From: Acidimicrobiia bacterium
Lineage (GTDB): Bacteria > Actinomycetota > Acidimicrobiia > Spongiisociales > JAENVV01
Assembly (NCBI GenBank): GCA_041577335.1
Contig: JBFGJH010000016.1
Span: forward strand, 1-56,250
Reading direction: 5' to 3'
Length of the DNA: 56,250 nt
Under the pieces are notes generated by a model. It was not told where the DNA came from, did no database searches, and saw nothing but the letters and a program-made list of their open reading frames with translations. Positions 28,105 to 38,017 of the stretch are shown here, in pieces (the stretch's first letter is position 1; each line of letters begins with the position of its first letter). Made by a program: the position numbers and the translations under genes.

Positions 28105-29199
28105 CTAGCTTGTCTCTCCGATGAACATCAGGATCGCATCGGCGTTGATGAGGCCCTCTTCCAGGTAGACCACCGTGAGGACTTCGAGACCGCCGACCTC
28201 CAAACCTGGCACCGGGGCAGTAAGGGCCAGGGACGTCTCGCCATTCCCGGGTGAGACCGTGCTTTCGATGGCCTCATCGCCAACGAAGAACTGGACCGTC
28301 GGGGCGCCGGGCACGATGACCTCGAAGACCGGGTCGGGGAACACCACTGAGGGCTCGTCTCCACCCTCGGGCACCACGAATTCGACCGGATCGCCGCGGA
28401 GGAAGGGCTGCACCAACGCGGCATCACCCGAGACCATCACCGGGAGCGCGGCGGCGCGCTGCGCCTCCGTTCCTTCCTGAGTCACCGTGCCCGCCAGGGT
28501 GACGACAACGACTTCGCCGTCGATCTGATTCGTGAAGACCCACGGTGATCCTTCCCCATTGGGGGCGGTGGCATCTGCCCAGGCGCCCCAACCCTCCTGG
28601 AGAGCGGTGAAATTGTCGTCGAAACCTTCGCGGCCTCCGATGGCTTCCTGCGACTCCGGCGCCATGAGCCCCCAGGCGAGGTCGGCGTCACCGTCACTGA
28701 TGGCAGCGATCCACCCGATAGCTGCTTCGGTCGGGTCCGTTGGCGCCTCGATCACGGTGGTGGTCGTCGTGTCGGCGACGGTCGTTGTGGTGGTCTCAGG
28801 GGCGGACGTGGTCGTCTCGGGGGTCGTTGTCGTCGTGTCGCCCACCGACGTGGTCGTTTCATCGGCACCGGTTGTCGTCGACTCGATGGGAGCGATCGAC
28901 GCGGTCGGCTCGCTGGCCTCGTCATCACCACTGTTGAATACCAACACGGCAACGATGGCCACCAGCGTCACCAGAATCGCGGCCAGCAGCCAGTTGGTGG
29001 CGTTCGATCGACCGGGTGGAGGCTCAGGAGGTGTGCCACCCGGCCCGGGTGCTCCCGGCACTGTCGCGTCGGGAGGCGGTGCGCCGGGAGGCATGCCTCC
29101 GGCGGGCGGTACACCACCGGGAGGTGGCGTACCGGTGCCCTCGGCACCTGGGATATCGTTCGGCTCGGGCAGGTTCGGCTGCCCCGGTGTGTCAGTCAA
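28105..29199 (-). CDS. Membrane-anchored hypothetical protein with Pro-rich N-terminus and Thr-rich linker
   Basis: AAGGAG RBS, single TM, TTT repeats, acidic extracellular domain. Confidence 0.75.
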   Translation of the reverse strand: MTDTPGQPNLPEPNDIPGAEGTGTPPPGGVPPAGGMPPGAPPPDATVPGAPGPGGTPPEPPPGRSNATNWLLAAILVTLVAIVAVLVFNSGDDEASEPTASIAPIESTTTGADETTTSVGDTTTTTPETTTSAPETTTTTVADTTTTTVIEAPTDPTEAAIGWIAAISDGDADLAWGLMAPESQEAIGGREGFDDNFTALQEGWGAWADATAPNGEGSPWVFTNQIDGEVVVVTLAGTVTQEGTEAQRAAALPVMVSGDAALVQPFLRGDPVEFVVPEGGDEPSVVFPDPVFEVIVPGAPTVQFFVGDEAIESTVSPGNGETSLALTAPVPGLEVGGLEVLTVVYLEEGLINADAILMFIGETS

Positions 29200-29291
29200 T
29201 GCGGCTCCTTTGTGCAGATCTTTAGACGTCGACGTTACGCAAGAGTTCCCGATATCTCGGGAATGTTCGCAGGGGAACGGTCAGGTCGCGG

Positions 29292-31598
29292 CTACCAGCC
29301 GCTCGAGCCGCCTCCGCCGCCCCCACCAAAGCCGCCGCCCCCACCAAAGCCGCCGAACCCACCTGACGATCCTCCCCACGAGGAACCCCACGAGGAGCTT
29401 CCCGACCAGCTCCCTGACGTGCCGAAGCCTCCTCCACCACCGAACCAGGAGTCGAGGTCGTCGGACCACGAACGATCCTGGTAGATCGGCTCCCAGCCGC
29501 GACCGTGCCCCGTCCCACCGGTGATGAGCCAGCGGTAGTAGAGAAGGGTGAACGGGTCGTACACGCGGAGTGACGGTGGAATGGGCTCACCGGTCCAGGA
29601 ATCCCGACCGCGCCGGGTTCCGCCGTGAGCGAGCTCGGGGGCATACCGGTTGGCGTCCTCGACGCCGCTACGAGCCAGCGCCTGGCGCTGAGCCGCATAG
29701 GAGATGGCAAACGAGCGGGGTCCCCTCGGATCGGAGGCGCCGAAAGCGGCGGCGGTGTCGGCGTATGCCCCGACGAGGCCCAGTTTGGCGAGGGCATCGC
29801 GAGCCTCGACCCAGCGTCGCAGCGCTTGGCTCGGTTCGAGCGAAACGGCCAGCAGCGCGGCGATTGTCCGCCGCGAGTCGGATTCGAGCCCCTGGTTGGC
29901 GAGGTCGGCCAATAGCATGTCGTAGGCGGCGATGGCCTTGTCGCCTCTGTCGAGGAGTGCCGCCGCGATGGCCACCGGCAAGTTGAGCCTGCTGGCTTCG
30001 CTTCTGACTTCTTCCATCTCACTCTTCGATCGCATCCCGGCCATCGCCAATTCGACGGCGGTCTCGGCGTCGTAGCCGAGCCGTTTCGCCTCGGCGTGGG
30101 CCTCCAGGAACTCCGCGACGGCTTCTGTGTCGTTGTTGAGCAGCAAGAAAGCGGCAACGGCCGGAGTCGAGATTCCATCTGCCTTGAGGGTTGACGAATC
30201 CAAGGTGGCGAGGAGCTCCTCGTATCTCTTGAGAGCCAGCTCTGGATCGTCCTCTAGGTCCACGAGCGCAGCGGAGACGGCCGGTCGGGCTTCGTTGTCG
30301 GCGAGCCGGTCGCGGATCAACTGAAAGCGCGCCGTCTTGTCCTGAGCGGTCTCATAGGCAGAGTTGACCTCGTTGATGGACGCCAACACCGAAACACCAC
30401 TGTCGAGCACCGGGGATGCCTGAGCGACCCGTTCGCCGAGGTCGCCGACGATGACTGGCCCGATCGGCGTGGCGACCGAGCGGTGGATGAGGCGGCGAGC
30501 GGTCCGGGTGCGCTCGTGGGCGACCCGATACGGCCGAAGTGACGTGACGATGGCTTTCAGCTCGGTGAGCCGCACGCTGAACTCGTCGTCGGTGCGCGCG
30601 TCCGACGCATTGGTTGCCGCCGTCTGGACTGCGTCCTCCAACAGCTGCTGCTCCCCTGTGATCTCCAGCTCGAGGGGGAGGTCGCGCTCGGCCAGGACTC
30701 TGTCCTTGTGCAACACTTCGACGAGGCCGGCCGACCAAGCGGCTTCGAGCGCCTCAACATCCTCAGCCGACTCGCCGGCCATGAGCACCGTCAGGACGGC
30801 GACCACGCGGGCGGTGGCCAAGTCGGGCGCCTCGACGGGGCGAGCTTCGAAGAGCTCGTCTCGCAGACTCAACTCATGACCGAACGGTTTGAGACCTTCG
30901 AGAGCGTCGTCCACCTGTGCTTCCTGTTCGCGGCGGCGGGAGCGCTTTCTGAGCGCGGCGTTCTGGCGTGACTGGTAGATGAGGTAGCCGCCGCCGCCCA
31001 CCAGAGCGAGTCCTCCGATGATGGTGCCGGCACCGATGCCACCTCCGCCTCCTCCGTCGTCAAAGGGCCGGTCGGCGCCGGTTGCTTCAGCCTCGAACGT
31101 GGAGGATAAGCCACCGATGAGTGCCGAGATGCCGCCATCGAAGTCGCCGGCTGCGAACGAGGTGTCCGCCAGCGAGGCGATGGCGCTTGCCTCCGGCAGT
31201 TCGAATCCGGGCCCAGCCTCCACGGCGGTGATGCGCTGGTCGAGAGCTACGAGCACGACGATCCCGTCGTCGACCCCGGCCCGGCCCACCCCCCAGGTAT
31301 TGCCGATCTCGACCGCCAACCCATTCGGGTCCGACGCCGACTGCACGAAGACAACCGCGATCTCGTGCCCGAACTCGTTGATGACTCCGTCGACCAGCCG
31401 CTCCAGATTGGCGTCGTCTCGGATGACGCCGGTCGTGTCGGTGACCCAGCCGTCGCACGTGACGCCTTCGACGGGCGGGCACGAGGCGGGCTGGCCCATG
31501 GCGACGGCGGCAAGGCCCATCGTCGCCATGAGGGTGAGAACGGCCGCCGTCATAAGTCTTCCCGCAACAATCATGCCACCGATGCTACCGACCATCAC
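29292..31598 (-). CDS. TPM-domain membrane protein with long helical cytoplasmic region and Gly-rich tail
   Basis: Signal peptide, WVTDTTGVI...EIAVV...WGVG...DDGIVVLVA (TPM), TM, ends GGGGGFGGGGGGGSSGW. Start may be 31574 or 31553. Confidence 0.85.
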   Translation of the reverse strand: MMVGSIGGMIVAGRLMTAAVLTLMATMGLAAVAMGQPASCPPVEGVTCDGWVTDTTGVIRDDANLERLVDGVINEFGHEIAVVFVQSASDPNGLAVEIGNTWGVGRAGVDDGIVVLVALDQRITAVEAGPGFELPEASAIASLADTSFAAGDFDGGISALIGGLSSTFEAEATGADRPFDDGGGGGGIGAGTIIGGLALVGGGGYLIYQSRQNAALRKRSRRREQEAQVDDALEGLKPFGHELSLRDELFEARPVEAPDLATARVVAVLTVLMAGESAEDVEALEAAWSAGLVEVLHKDRVLAERDLPLELEITGEQQLLEDAVQTAATNASDARTDDEFSVRLTELKAIVTSLRPYRVAHERTRTARRLIHRSVATPIGPVIVGDLGERVAQASPVLDSGVSVLASINEVNSAYETAQDKTARFQLIRDRLADNEARPAVSAALVDLEDDPELALKRYEELLATLDSSTLKADGISTPAVAAFLLLNNDTEAVAEFLEAHAEAKRLGYDAETAVELAMAGMRSKSEMEEVRSEASRLNLPVAIAAALLDRGDKAIAAYDMLLADLANQGLESDSRRTIAALLAVSLEPSQALRRWVEARDALAKLGLVGAYADTAAAFGASDPRGPRSFAISYAAQRQALARSGVEDANRYAPELAHGGTRRGRDSWTGEPIPPSLRVYDPFTLLYYRWLITGGTGHGRGWEPIYQDRSWSDDLDSWFGGGGGFGTSGSWSGSSSWGSSWGGSSGGFGGFGGGGGFGGGGGGGSSGW

Positions 31599-31613
31599 GA
31601 ATTGTCGAGACTC

Positions 31614-33290
31614 TCAGACGGGGGGAGTGGAGACCTCGGAAGTCAACGGGAACCAGCGCAGGTGCTCGAAGTCCGCGGAGGTGATCAACGGTGCTTGGGG
31701 CGGTGAGCCAATGTCAGCTTCGTTGAAGATGCGGCGAGCCTCTACCAGATAGTCAGACAACTGCTCCTCGGAGACCGTTTCGTTGTGCACGGTGTACGCG
31801 GGACCGTTCTCGTCGTACACGATGTCAGTCAGGCTGATTGGCGGCTCGGCGAGCCCATCCTGGTGCCGCCACAGGCCGGTAGCCGGGTCGAAGGTGTAGC
31901 AACCGAGGAGGCGCCAGCCCTCTTCAGCAATGATCTCGACGGCCTCGAGTATGTACTCGAAGATCGCATCCGTGATGAAGTAGTTGAAGTTGACCCGGAT
32001 CCAGCCAGGCTTGATGCCTTCGCACCCGCGCGCGATCTCTCGCTGAAACTCGTGGGATCGTTCGATGTCGATCCCGAGGAGCCGATGCCCGTATGGGCCG
32101 GCACAGCTGCACCCGCCTCGCGACTGGATTCCGAAGAGGTCGTTGAGGAGGGCGACCACATAGTTGTGATGAAGGTGGCGGTTTCCGTGGCGTATGACAA
32201 ACGACACAATGGACAGCCGTTCGGCGTCGGGGTTGCCGAGCACCTCGATATTGGATTGGCGGTTCCAGTGATCGATCGCCCTCCGGATGAAGCCCTCCTC
32301 CAGATCGCGGATCCGGTCGGGTCCCACAGCCATCTTCAACTGAAAGACCAATCCGGCGCGAATGGACTCGACGATGGCGGGAGTTCCGCCTTCTTCACGG
32401 TGTTCGATGTCCGTGAGGTATTCGTGGTCCGTCGGATTCACGTATTGCACCGTGCCTCCGCCGGGAACTACTGGGACGCGATTGGTGAACAGCTCCTTGC
32501 GGGCAACGAGGACACCCGGAGTGCCGGGCCCGCCGATGAGCTTGTGTGGGCTGATGAAGATGGCGTCCTTGTAGTTGAGGCCGTCGTCACCCGGGGTCAT
32601 GTCGATGGTGATGTATGGCGCGGCGGCCGCAACGTCCCAGAATGACAAGGCACCGTGGCGATGGAGCAGGGTCGAGATCGACCCGACGTCGCTGATGATG
32701 CCCGTGACATTGGAGGCAGCCGAGAAGCTTCCGATCTTGAGCGGGCGGTCCTGGTAGCGAATTAGCTCCGCTTCGAGGTGGGAGAGGTCGATGTGGCCGT
32801 CCTGGTCCTCTTGGATGGGAACGACGTCTGCGATCGACTCCCGCCACGGGAGCTCGTTCGAGTGGTGCTCGAACGGGCCGATGAACACCACGGGACGTTC
32901 GTCGGCGGGTATCTGGCTGCTCAGGTGGTAGCGGTCGTCGAGACCGGCGGGAATCCGCAATCCCAGCACGTTGACCAGACGGTCGATGGCCCCGGTGGAG
33001 CCCGACCCGCAGAAGATGACGGCATGTTCGTCGGAGGCCCCGACGGCTTCTCGGATGATGGTGCGGGCGTCCTCGCGAAACCGGGTGGTCTGGAGCCCGG
33101 TGCCCGACGTCTCCGTGTGGGTGTTGGCATAACGCGGCAACACGGCTTCGCGGATGAAGTCTTCGATGAACCCGAGCGACCGACCCGATGCCGTGTAGTC
33201 GGCATAGATCATCCGGCGCGGCCCAAAAGGCCCGTTGAAAACGAGATCCTCGCCGATCACCGAGCTGCGGATCGTCTCTATGAGGTCCAT
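31614..33290 (-). CDS. Aminotransferase class V, cysteine-desulfurase-like PLP enzyme
   Basis: YADYTASGR, YANTHTE, EHHSNELPW, SPHK, GGTPAI, RGGCSCAGPY. Confidence 0.92.
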   Translation of the reverse strand: MDLIETIRSSVIGEDLVFNGPFGPRRMIYADYTASGRSLGFIEDFIREAVLPRYANTHTETSGTGLQTTRFREDARTIIREAVGASDEHAVIFCGSGSTGAIDRLVNVLGLRIPAGLDDRYHLSSQIPADERPVVFIGPFEHHSNELPWRESIADVVPIQEDQDGHIDLSHLEAELIRYQDRPLKIGSFSAASNVTGIISDVGSISTLLHRHGALSFWDVAAAAPYITIDMTPGDDGLNYKDAIFISPHKLIGGPGTPGVLVARKELFTNRVPVVPGGGTVQYVNPTDHEYLTDIEHREEGGTPAIVESIRAGLVFQLKMAVGPDRIRDLEEGFIRRAIDHWNRQSNIEVLGNPDAERLSIVSFVIRHGNRHLHHNYVVALLNDLFGIQSRGGCSCAGPYGHRLLGIDIERSHEFQREIARGCEGIKPGWIRVNFNYFITDAIFEYILEAVEIIAEEGWRLLGCYTFDPATGLWRHQDGLAEPPISLTDIVYDENGPAYTVHNETVSEEQLSDYLVEARRIFNEADIGSPPQAPLITSADFEHLRWFPLTSEVSTPPV

Positions 33291-33301
33291 TGCAGGGGAG
33301 G

Positions 33302-33982
33302 TTACTTCCTCAACGCCATCAGGTCTCTGACGGCATAGAAGACGAAAAGGAACGGCAGGATGCCAAATCCCCGTGACCAGAGAATTACGCCGAGGACCAC
33401 GGCGACGATGAGGCCGATGACTGCGGCGTGCATCCGCCCGCGCCCCGGTAGCCAACGCTCGAGAAGCTCGGCCAGGATGTGCGAACCGTCCAGACCGCCG
33501 ACGGGGAGGAGGTTGATGAGCCCCCAGAAGATGCTCGCCCAGACGAACATGGCGACGAACAGCGCAGTGATATCTCCCAAGAACAGAGCAAGCGCAAAGT
33601 CCGGGCTGATGGGGTTGTCCAGGACGAGCGCCACCGTGTCCCCCAACCATCCCAATGCCCCGGCGGTGTAGACGATTGCACCGAGCACCACCTGTACCGC
33701 CGAGCCGGCCAGCGAGATCATCATCTTCTGAAGCCAGGAGACCTTCCCGCTCCACGTCGTGAACCCTCCGAATGCGTGGAGCGTGATGCCGCCGATGCGG
33801 GCGCCGGCATCGGCGGCAACTGCCGCGTGACCCAGCTCGTGGATCAGCACCGACAGCACGATCGCCGCGAAGGCGACGACGGCGCCCTGCGCCCCCCACC
33901 CAAATTGCAGCAGGATGAGAAAGATCAAGCCGACGGTGAGATGGATATTGAGGTTGAGTCGAAAGATGCGGAATCGCAGCAT
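33302..33982 (-). CDS. Site-2 protease (M50 family)
   Basis: HELGH zinc motif, NLLPVGGLDG, multiple TM segments. Confidence 0.9.
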   Translation of the reverse strand: MLRFRIFRLNLNIHLTVGLIFLILLQFGWGAQGAVVAFAAIVLSVLIHELGHAAVAADAGARIGGITLHAFGGFTTWSGKVSWLQKMMISLAGSAVQVVLGAIVYTAGALGWLGDTVALVLDNPISPDFALALFLGDITALFVAMFVWASIFWGLINLLPVGGLDGSHILAELLERWLPGRGRMHAAVIGLIVAVVLGVILWSRGFGILPFLFVFYAVRDLMALRK

Positions 33983-34983
33983 CAGTACTCGTCGTCGCTA
34001 CGGCGTTGCTTGCTCGGCTGCACCCGGGGAGGCTCGCCCGGTTGCTTGGGGTAGTGGGGTGGCCATGGCGCATCGCCGATGCCTTGCTCCTCGTCGCGCA
34101 TCATCCACTCGAGCAGCGTGTCGATTCTTCCGGGCGTGTCGTCGATGCCCTTGGTGAGATCTCCGACGAGCCGGTAGCGATCGGCGTAGCCGATCATGGG
34201 AAAGTCCTCGATGTGAACCTCGTCGAGCTCACTCCATTCAAACGGCGCAGACACGAAGCCGGTTGGTCGGACGCCGTACGCCGATGACACCGTCTTGTCC
34301 CTGGCCATCTGGTTGAAATCGATGAACACCCCGATTCGTTCTTCTTTCCACCACTTGGTCGTCACCAGATCGGGCATGCGGCGCTCCAGTTCGCGAGCAA
34401 AAGCAAGGACGGCTCGCCGGACCTGGTTGAACGTCCACAGCGGCTCGATGCGGACGTAGACGTGGATGCCTCTGCTGCCTGTTGTCTTGGGCCACGAAAT
34501 CAAGCCAACCTCATCGAACAGGTCGTGTGCCGCTCCGGCAGCTCTCCGAACATCTTCGAATCCGAAGCCTGGCGTCGGGTCGAGATCGATACGGAGCTCG
34601 TCGGGATGATCGATGTCTTCTGCTCTGGCAGGCCACGGGTGGAAGTCGAGACATCCGAGCTGAGCCAGACGGATGACATCGGCAGTGGTGCGCGGCACGT
34701 TCATGATGCCGGGGCGCTGCGACGGAAACCGGATCCGGACGGTGTCGAACGGCGTGTTCTTGGCGGCCCGCTTGTGGTAGACCGGTGGCTCGCCGACTCC
34801 CTTCATGTATCGCTTCAGCATGGTGGGGCGGCCGGCTATGCCGCGGAGTGCACCGTCTCTGACGGCCAGGAAGTGTTCAATCACGTCCAGCTTGGTCCAG
34901 CCCTGCTCCGGGAAGACCACCCGGCCGGGGCTGGAGATACGAATGCTCTCGCCGTCCACATCGACGTGCTCTTCGTCAGCCAT
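33982..34983 (-). CDS. Stand-alone LigD-Pol-type primase-polymerase (Prim-PolC-like)
   Basis: PDELRIDLDP, KTTGSRGIHVY, TTKWWKEER, FIDFNQ, C-terminal PWPPHYPKQPGEPPRVQPS. Confidence 0.9.
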   Translation of the reverse strand: MADEEHVDVDGESIRISSPGRVVFPEQGWTKLDVIEHFLAVRDGALRGIAGRPTMLKRYMKGVGEPPVYHKRAAKNTPFDTVRIRFPSQRPGIMNVPRTTADVIRLAQLGCLDFHPWPARAEDIDHPDELRIDLDPTPGFGFEDVRRAAGAAHDLFDEVGLISWPKTTGSRGIHVYVRIEPLWTFNQVRRAVLAFARELERRMPDLVTTKWWKEERIGVFIDFNQMARDKTVSSAYGVRPTGFVSAPFEWSELDEVHIEDFPMIGYADRYRLVGDLTKGIDDTPGRIDTLLEWMMRDEEQGIGDAPWPPHYPKQPGEPPRVQPSKQRRSDDEY

Positions 34984-35170
34984 TGCCAGCCGTTTCATCC
35001 GCCAGGCGCCCGTCGCCGGCAAGTGCCCTCGTCGTGGCGACGCTCTTTCGCCTGCCGGGTCGGTGTTGGGTTGTTGTGAATGAACCGGGAGGTTCCGAGA
35101 GCATTCCGTGATTATGGCTGGTGCGTGCTGCGTTGGCGTTGGATCGAGCGGTTCGTTAGCCTGACGGGCG

Positions 35171-35971
35171 GTGCGATTCACCAGTCTGTCTCTATTCCGA
35201 GCCGCTTTGGCGCTGACCCTGCTGGTATTGATCGGTAGTGCTTTTGCCGTTGTCCGGGCCGACTCCGCCACTTCTGACGGGCCGGACCTCGTAGCCGCGC
35301 CCGCACCGACTCGTGACACGACCAACGACACAGCGGCGCTCACCGCAGTGGGCCTCGTCGCCGGCGAGCTGGCCGCCCAGGGTCGCCTGACAACCGCTAC
35401 CTCGACGACCGGATCTTTCTCGGCCTCGCCGGCAACCGGGGAGGCGTTCGGACTGCCCAGGTTGACGGCTGCGGCCGCGGAGTCCGAAGCGACACCGTCG
35501 ACAACGACCACGTCGACGACCTCCACATCCGAACCCACGACGACATCAGCGCCCTCGACGACGGTCGTGACGACCACCACCGCTCCTGCCACGACCGTGC
35601 CGGAGACAACGACCACCACCGTCGCGGCCACCACCACGACTACCAGCCCGCCGGAGACGACCACGACAACGAGCCCACCCTCCGGAGTCGTCCTGAGTGA
35701 GGCGGAGGCGCGGAGCATGTTCGCGCTGCACTTCGCCGCCGAAGATGTCGACCGTGCCATCGAGGTCGCCATTTGTGAGAGCAGCCTGAACACCGGGGCA
35801 TACAACCCGGCCGGATACGGCGGGCTTTTCCAACATGCGATTTCGGCGTGGGACGATCGGTCGGCAGCCGCCGGCTGGGCGGGGGCCTCGATCTACGATG
35901 GCAATGCCAATGCCGCCGTCGCTGCGTGGCTCGTCTATACGGATGGCTGGCACCACTGGCCGAACTGCTAG
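35171..35971 (+). CDS. Secreted lytic transglycosylase (SLT/Rpf-like) with Thr-rich linker
   Basis: Signal sequence, S/T repeats, VAICESSLN...GGLFQH...GWHHWPNC. Confidence 0.85.
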   Translation: MRFTSLSLFRAALALTLLVLIGSAFAVVRADSATSDGPDLVAAPAPTRDTTNDTAALTAVGLVAGELAAQGRLTTATSTTGSFSASPATGEAFGLPRLTAAAAESEATPSTTTTSTTSTSEPTTTSAPSTTVVTTTTAPATTVPETTTTTVAATTTTTSPPETTTTTSPPSGVVLSEAEARSMFALHFAAEDVDRAIEVAICESSLNTGAYNPAGYGGLFQHAISAWDDRSAAAGWAGASIYDGNANAAVAAWLVYTDGWHHWPNC

Positions 35972-35980
35972 GTACGAAGT

Positions 35981-36538
35981 ATGGCAGCCGTCGACATTGC
36001 CGGATTCATCACCGACCTCAAGGACCACGCCAACGACCACGGCTTCCACGTCCATGACGAGCGTCACTTCATCGAGACCTACACGCTGTCCCAGTCATGG
36101 GAGATCGTGATGCACCCCGAAGAGGCCTGTGGTGGCCACCTCGACCTCCATGCTGCGCTCGAGGTTGATCCGCGAGTGCTTCTTTCCTTTGAGGATCATG
36201 TGATGGATCAGGATCCCGACCGGCTCGAGCTCGACGATACCTTTCACCTGAACCTGTTCTTCAATTGGGGTCTGCCGTCGCTTTCGTCGCCGCCCGACTT
36301 GCTGGTGCTGTCGACCGAACTGGCCGGCATCGCCGGCATCGCCTTGCCTTTGGAGGTATCGGCGGTGGACTCGTTTGCGGCCGTGACCGACGCACCCGAG
36401 CGCCGCCTGGGCCTCGTTGGCAGCGTCCAGGTGTCACTTGCCAAAGTCTTCGAAGGAGCCGAACAGCTGTGCGAGGCCCTCGACCGAGCCCACGACGTCT
36501 CCATCTACCTCAACGACCGTACCGCCAGCTGGATCTAG
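35981..36538 (+). CDS. Hypothetical protein (acidic, His-rich N-terminus)
   Basis: 185 aa with strong GC3 codon bias, 9 nt after the transglycosylase stop. Confidence 0.8.
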   Translation: MAAVDIAGFITDLKDHANDHGFHVHDERHFIETYTLSQSWEIVMHPEEACGGHLDLHAALEVDPRVLLSFEDHVMDQDPDRLELDDTFHLNLFFNWGLPSLSSPPDLLVLSTELAGIAGIALPLEVSAVDSFAAVTDAPERRLGLVGSVQVSLAKVFEGAEQLCEALDRAHDVSIYLNDRTASWI

Positions 36539-36676
36539 ATTCGCACGGACTGGCTTTTGCTGGATTCACGGCGACCCAGGGCGCATCTGGCGGCGTCCTG
36601 GCCTGGATCTCGACGAGGTCACAGAACCCGCCACGCAAGCGATGGCGCGGCGGCAACGGGCCACTGAGGGAGGTGT

Positions 36677-37420
36677 CTAGAAGTTGCCGCTGCCGGCGCC
36701 GGCGATGATGAAGATGAGGGCTATCAACACCAGCACGATGCTGATGAGCGTCATCACGCCCACGATCACGAAGAGGGTGTTGATCTTGCCCAGCGCCTTC
36801 ATGAGCTCCCGGCTCGAACCGGTGCGGCGGGCATTCTCCAGACCACCGTTGGCCTGGAACAGCAGGACCCCGATCCAGATGTAGATGGCTCCGAGGAAGA
36901 AGAAGATCAGGTAGGGAATCCCGATCACGATGGAGACGATCGCCGGCAAGATCAGCCACAGCGGCTTGGGTAGTGCATTGGCGACGTCTTTGACGAAGAC
37001 CGTGTCGGTGTGCGTGTCCGGGATGACACTGCCTGTCCCGAACACGCTCGTGGCGGCCGTTGGGGCCGCGGTCGCCGGCGAAGTGGATGCTTGAGCCGCC
37101 GGCGACGGCGTGATCGCCGTTGAGGCCGGTGATTCGAATGGTGACTTGGCGACGGGTGATTGCGTCTCGAACGGTGCGGGCTCGGACGTGCCGCTCGGCT
37201 CGGGCGACGTGACAGGCTGTGGCGACTCGGTTGGCACCGGCGCGGCCTGAGGTGCAGACGCGGCAAAGGTGGCGGCGCTCACCAGCTCCCAATCGCTCAT
37301 GCCCTGCGTCCAGTAGTAGTCGCTCGGTTCGATCGTTCCGGCTCGGATCAGCCCGGCCAGCTCGTTCTCGGGGATCGGACCGCGCCGTTCTCCGCCTTTG
37401 GTGTAGTAGTAGTCAGCCAC
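36677..37420 (-). CDS. GYF_2 (DUF4339) domain membrane protein with DUF5362-like C-terminus
   Basis: YYYTKGGERRGPI...LIRAGTI...YWTQGMSDW, P/T linker, three TM helices; AGGAGG RBS before GTG 37420. Confidence 0.8.
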   Translation of the reverse strand: MADYYYTKGGERRGPIPENELAGLIRAGTIEPSDYYWTQGMSDWELVSAATFAASAPQAAPVPTESPQPVTSPEPSGTSEPAPFETQSPVAKSPFESPASTAITPSPAAQASTSPATAAPTAATSVFGTGSVIPDTHTDTVFVKDVANALPKPLWLILPAIVSIVIGIPYLIFFFLGAIYIWIGVLLFQANGGLENARRTGSSRELMKALGKINTLFVIVGVMTLISIVLVLIALIFIIAGAGSGNF

Positions 37421-37506
37421 TTTCTCTACCTCCTGTGGCCAGTGTATCGCCGAGTCGGCCAGACTCAGGGTTCCGTTAGTGTCAGAAGACTCGAAGAGGG
37501 ACGGAC

Positions 37507-37998
37507 GTGCCGGCCGATCGCGACACCTATCTGAAAACCATGTCCAATGTCGCTTCAACAGTGACCGTTGTGACGACGACCAGTGAGAACGGGGAGCATG
37601 CCGGTCTCACCGTCAGCGCGTTCTCCTCGGTTTCGCTTGATCCGCCTCTGGTCCTCGTCTGCATCGGCAAGGAATCGGCGAGTGTAGATGCCTTGCTCGC
37701 CAACGGCGGGTTCACGGTGAACTTCCTGACCCGCGGATCCGACGCGGTTGCCTTGCAGCTCGCCTACCGCGATGAAGACAAGTTCGGCGGACTGGAGCTC
37801 CGTCAGCCTTCGGTGGCGGGGACCGGGCCCGTGTTGGTAGACAACACGTTTGCGTACTTCGCCTGCACGACCCGCCAGAAGATCGAGGCCGGAGATCACT
37901 GGGTTCTCGTCGGACAAGTCGAGGAGGCCGAGGTCGAGGAGAATCCCGACCCGCCGCTTGTGTATCACCGCAGGCTCTTCGTGTTGCTCGACGAATAG
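37507..37998 (+). CDS. Flavin reductase family protein
   Basis: VTVVTT, GLTVSAFSSVSLDPPLVLVCI, AGDHWVLVG, PLVY. Confidence 0.93.
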   Translation: MPADRDTYLKTMSNVASTVTVVTTTSENGEHAGLTVSAFSSVSLDPPLVLVCIGKESASVDALLANGGFTVNFLTRGSDAVALQLAYRDEDKFGGLELRQPSVAGTGPVLVDNTFAYFACTTRQKIEAGDHWVLVGQVEEAEVEENPDPPLVYHRRLFVLLDE

Positions 37999-38017
37999 GG
38001 CGGCCGCCAGACCGGGC

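Noticed and set aside
29300..29440. Tandem CCGCCGCCCCCACCAAAG repeats
   Set aside because: They encode the Gly-rich tail of the TPM protein.
34990..35170. c-di-AMP (ydaO) riboswitch upstream of the Rpf-like gene
   Set aside because: Expected from context, but the conserved GCTGAA / GGGGA / CCGTCAGCTAAC elements are not recognisable.
31614..35805. 819 aa and 607 aa ORFs as fusion proteins
   Set aside because: The N-terminal extensions overlap the M50 and transglycosylase genes; the real starts are at 33290 and 34983.
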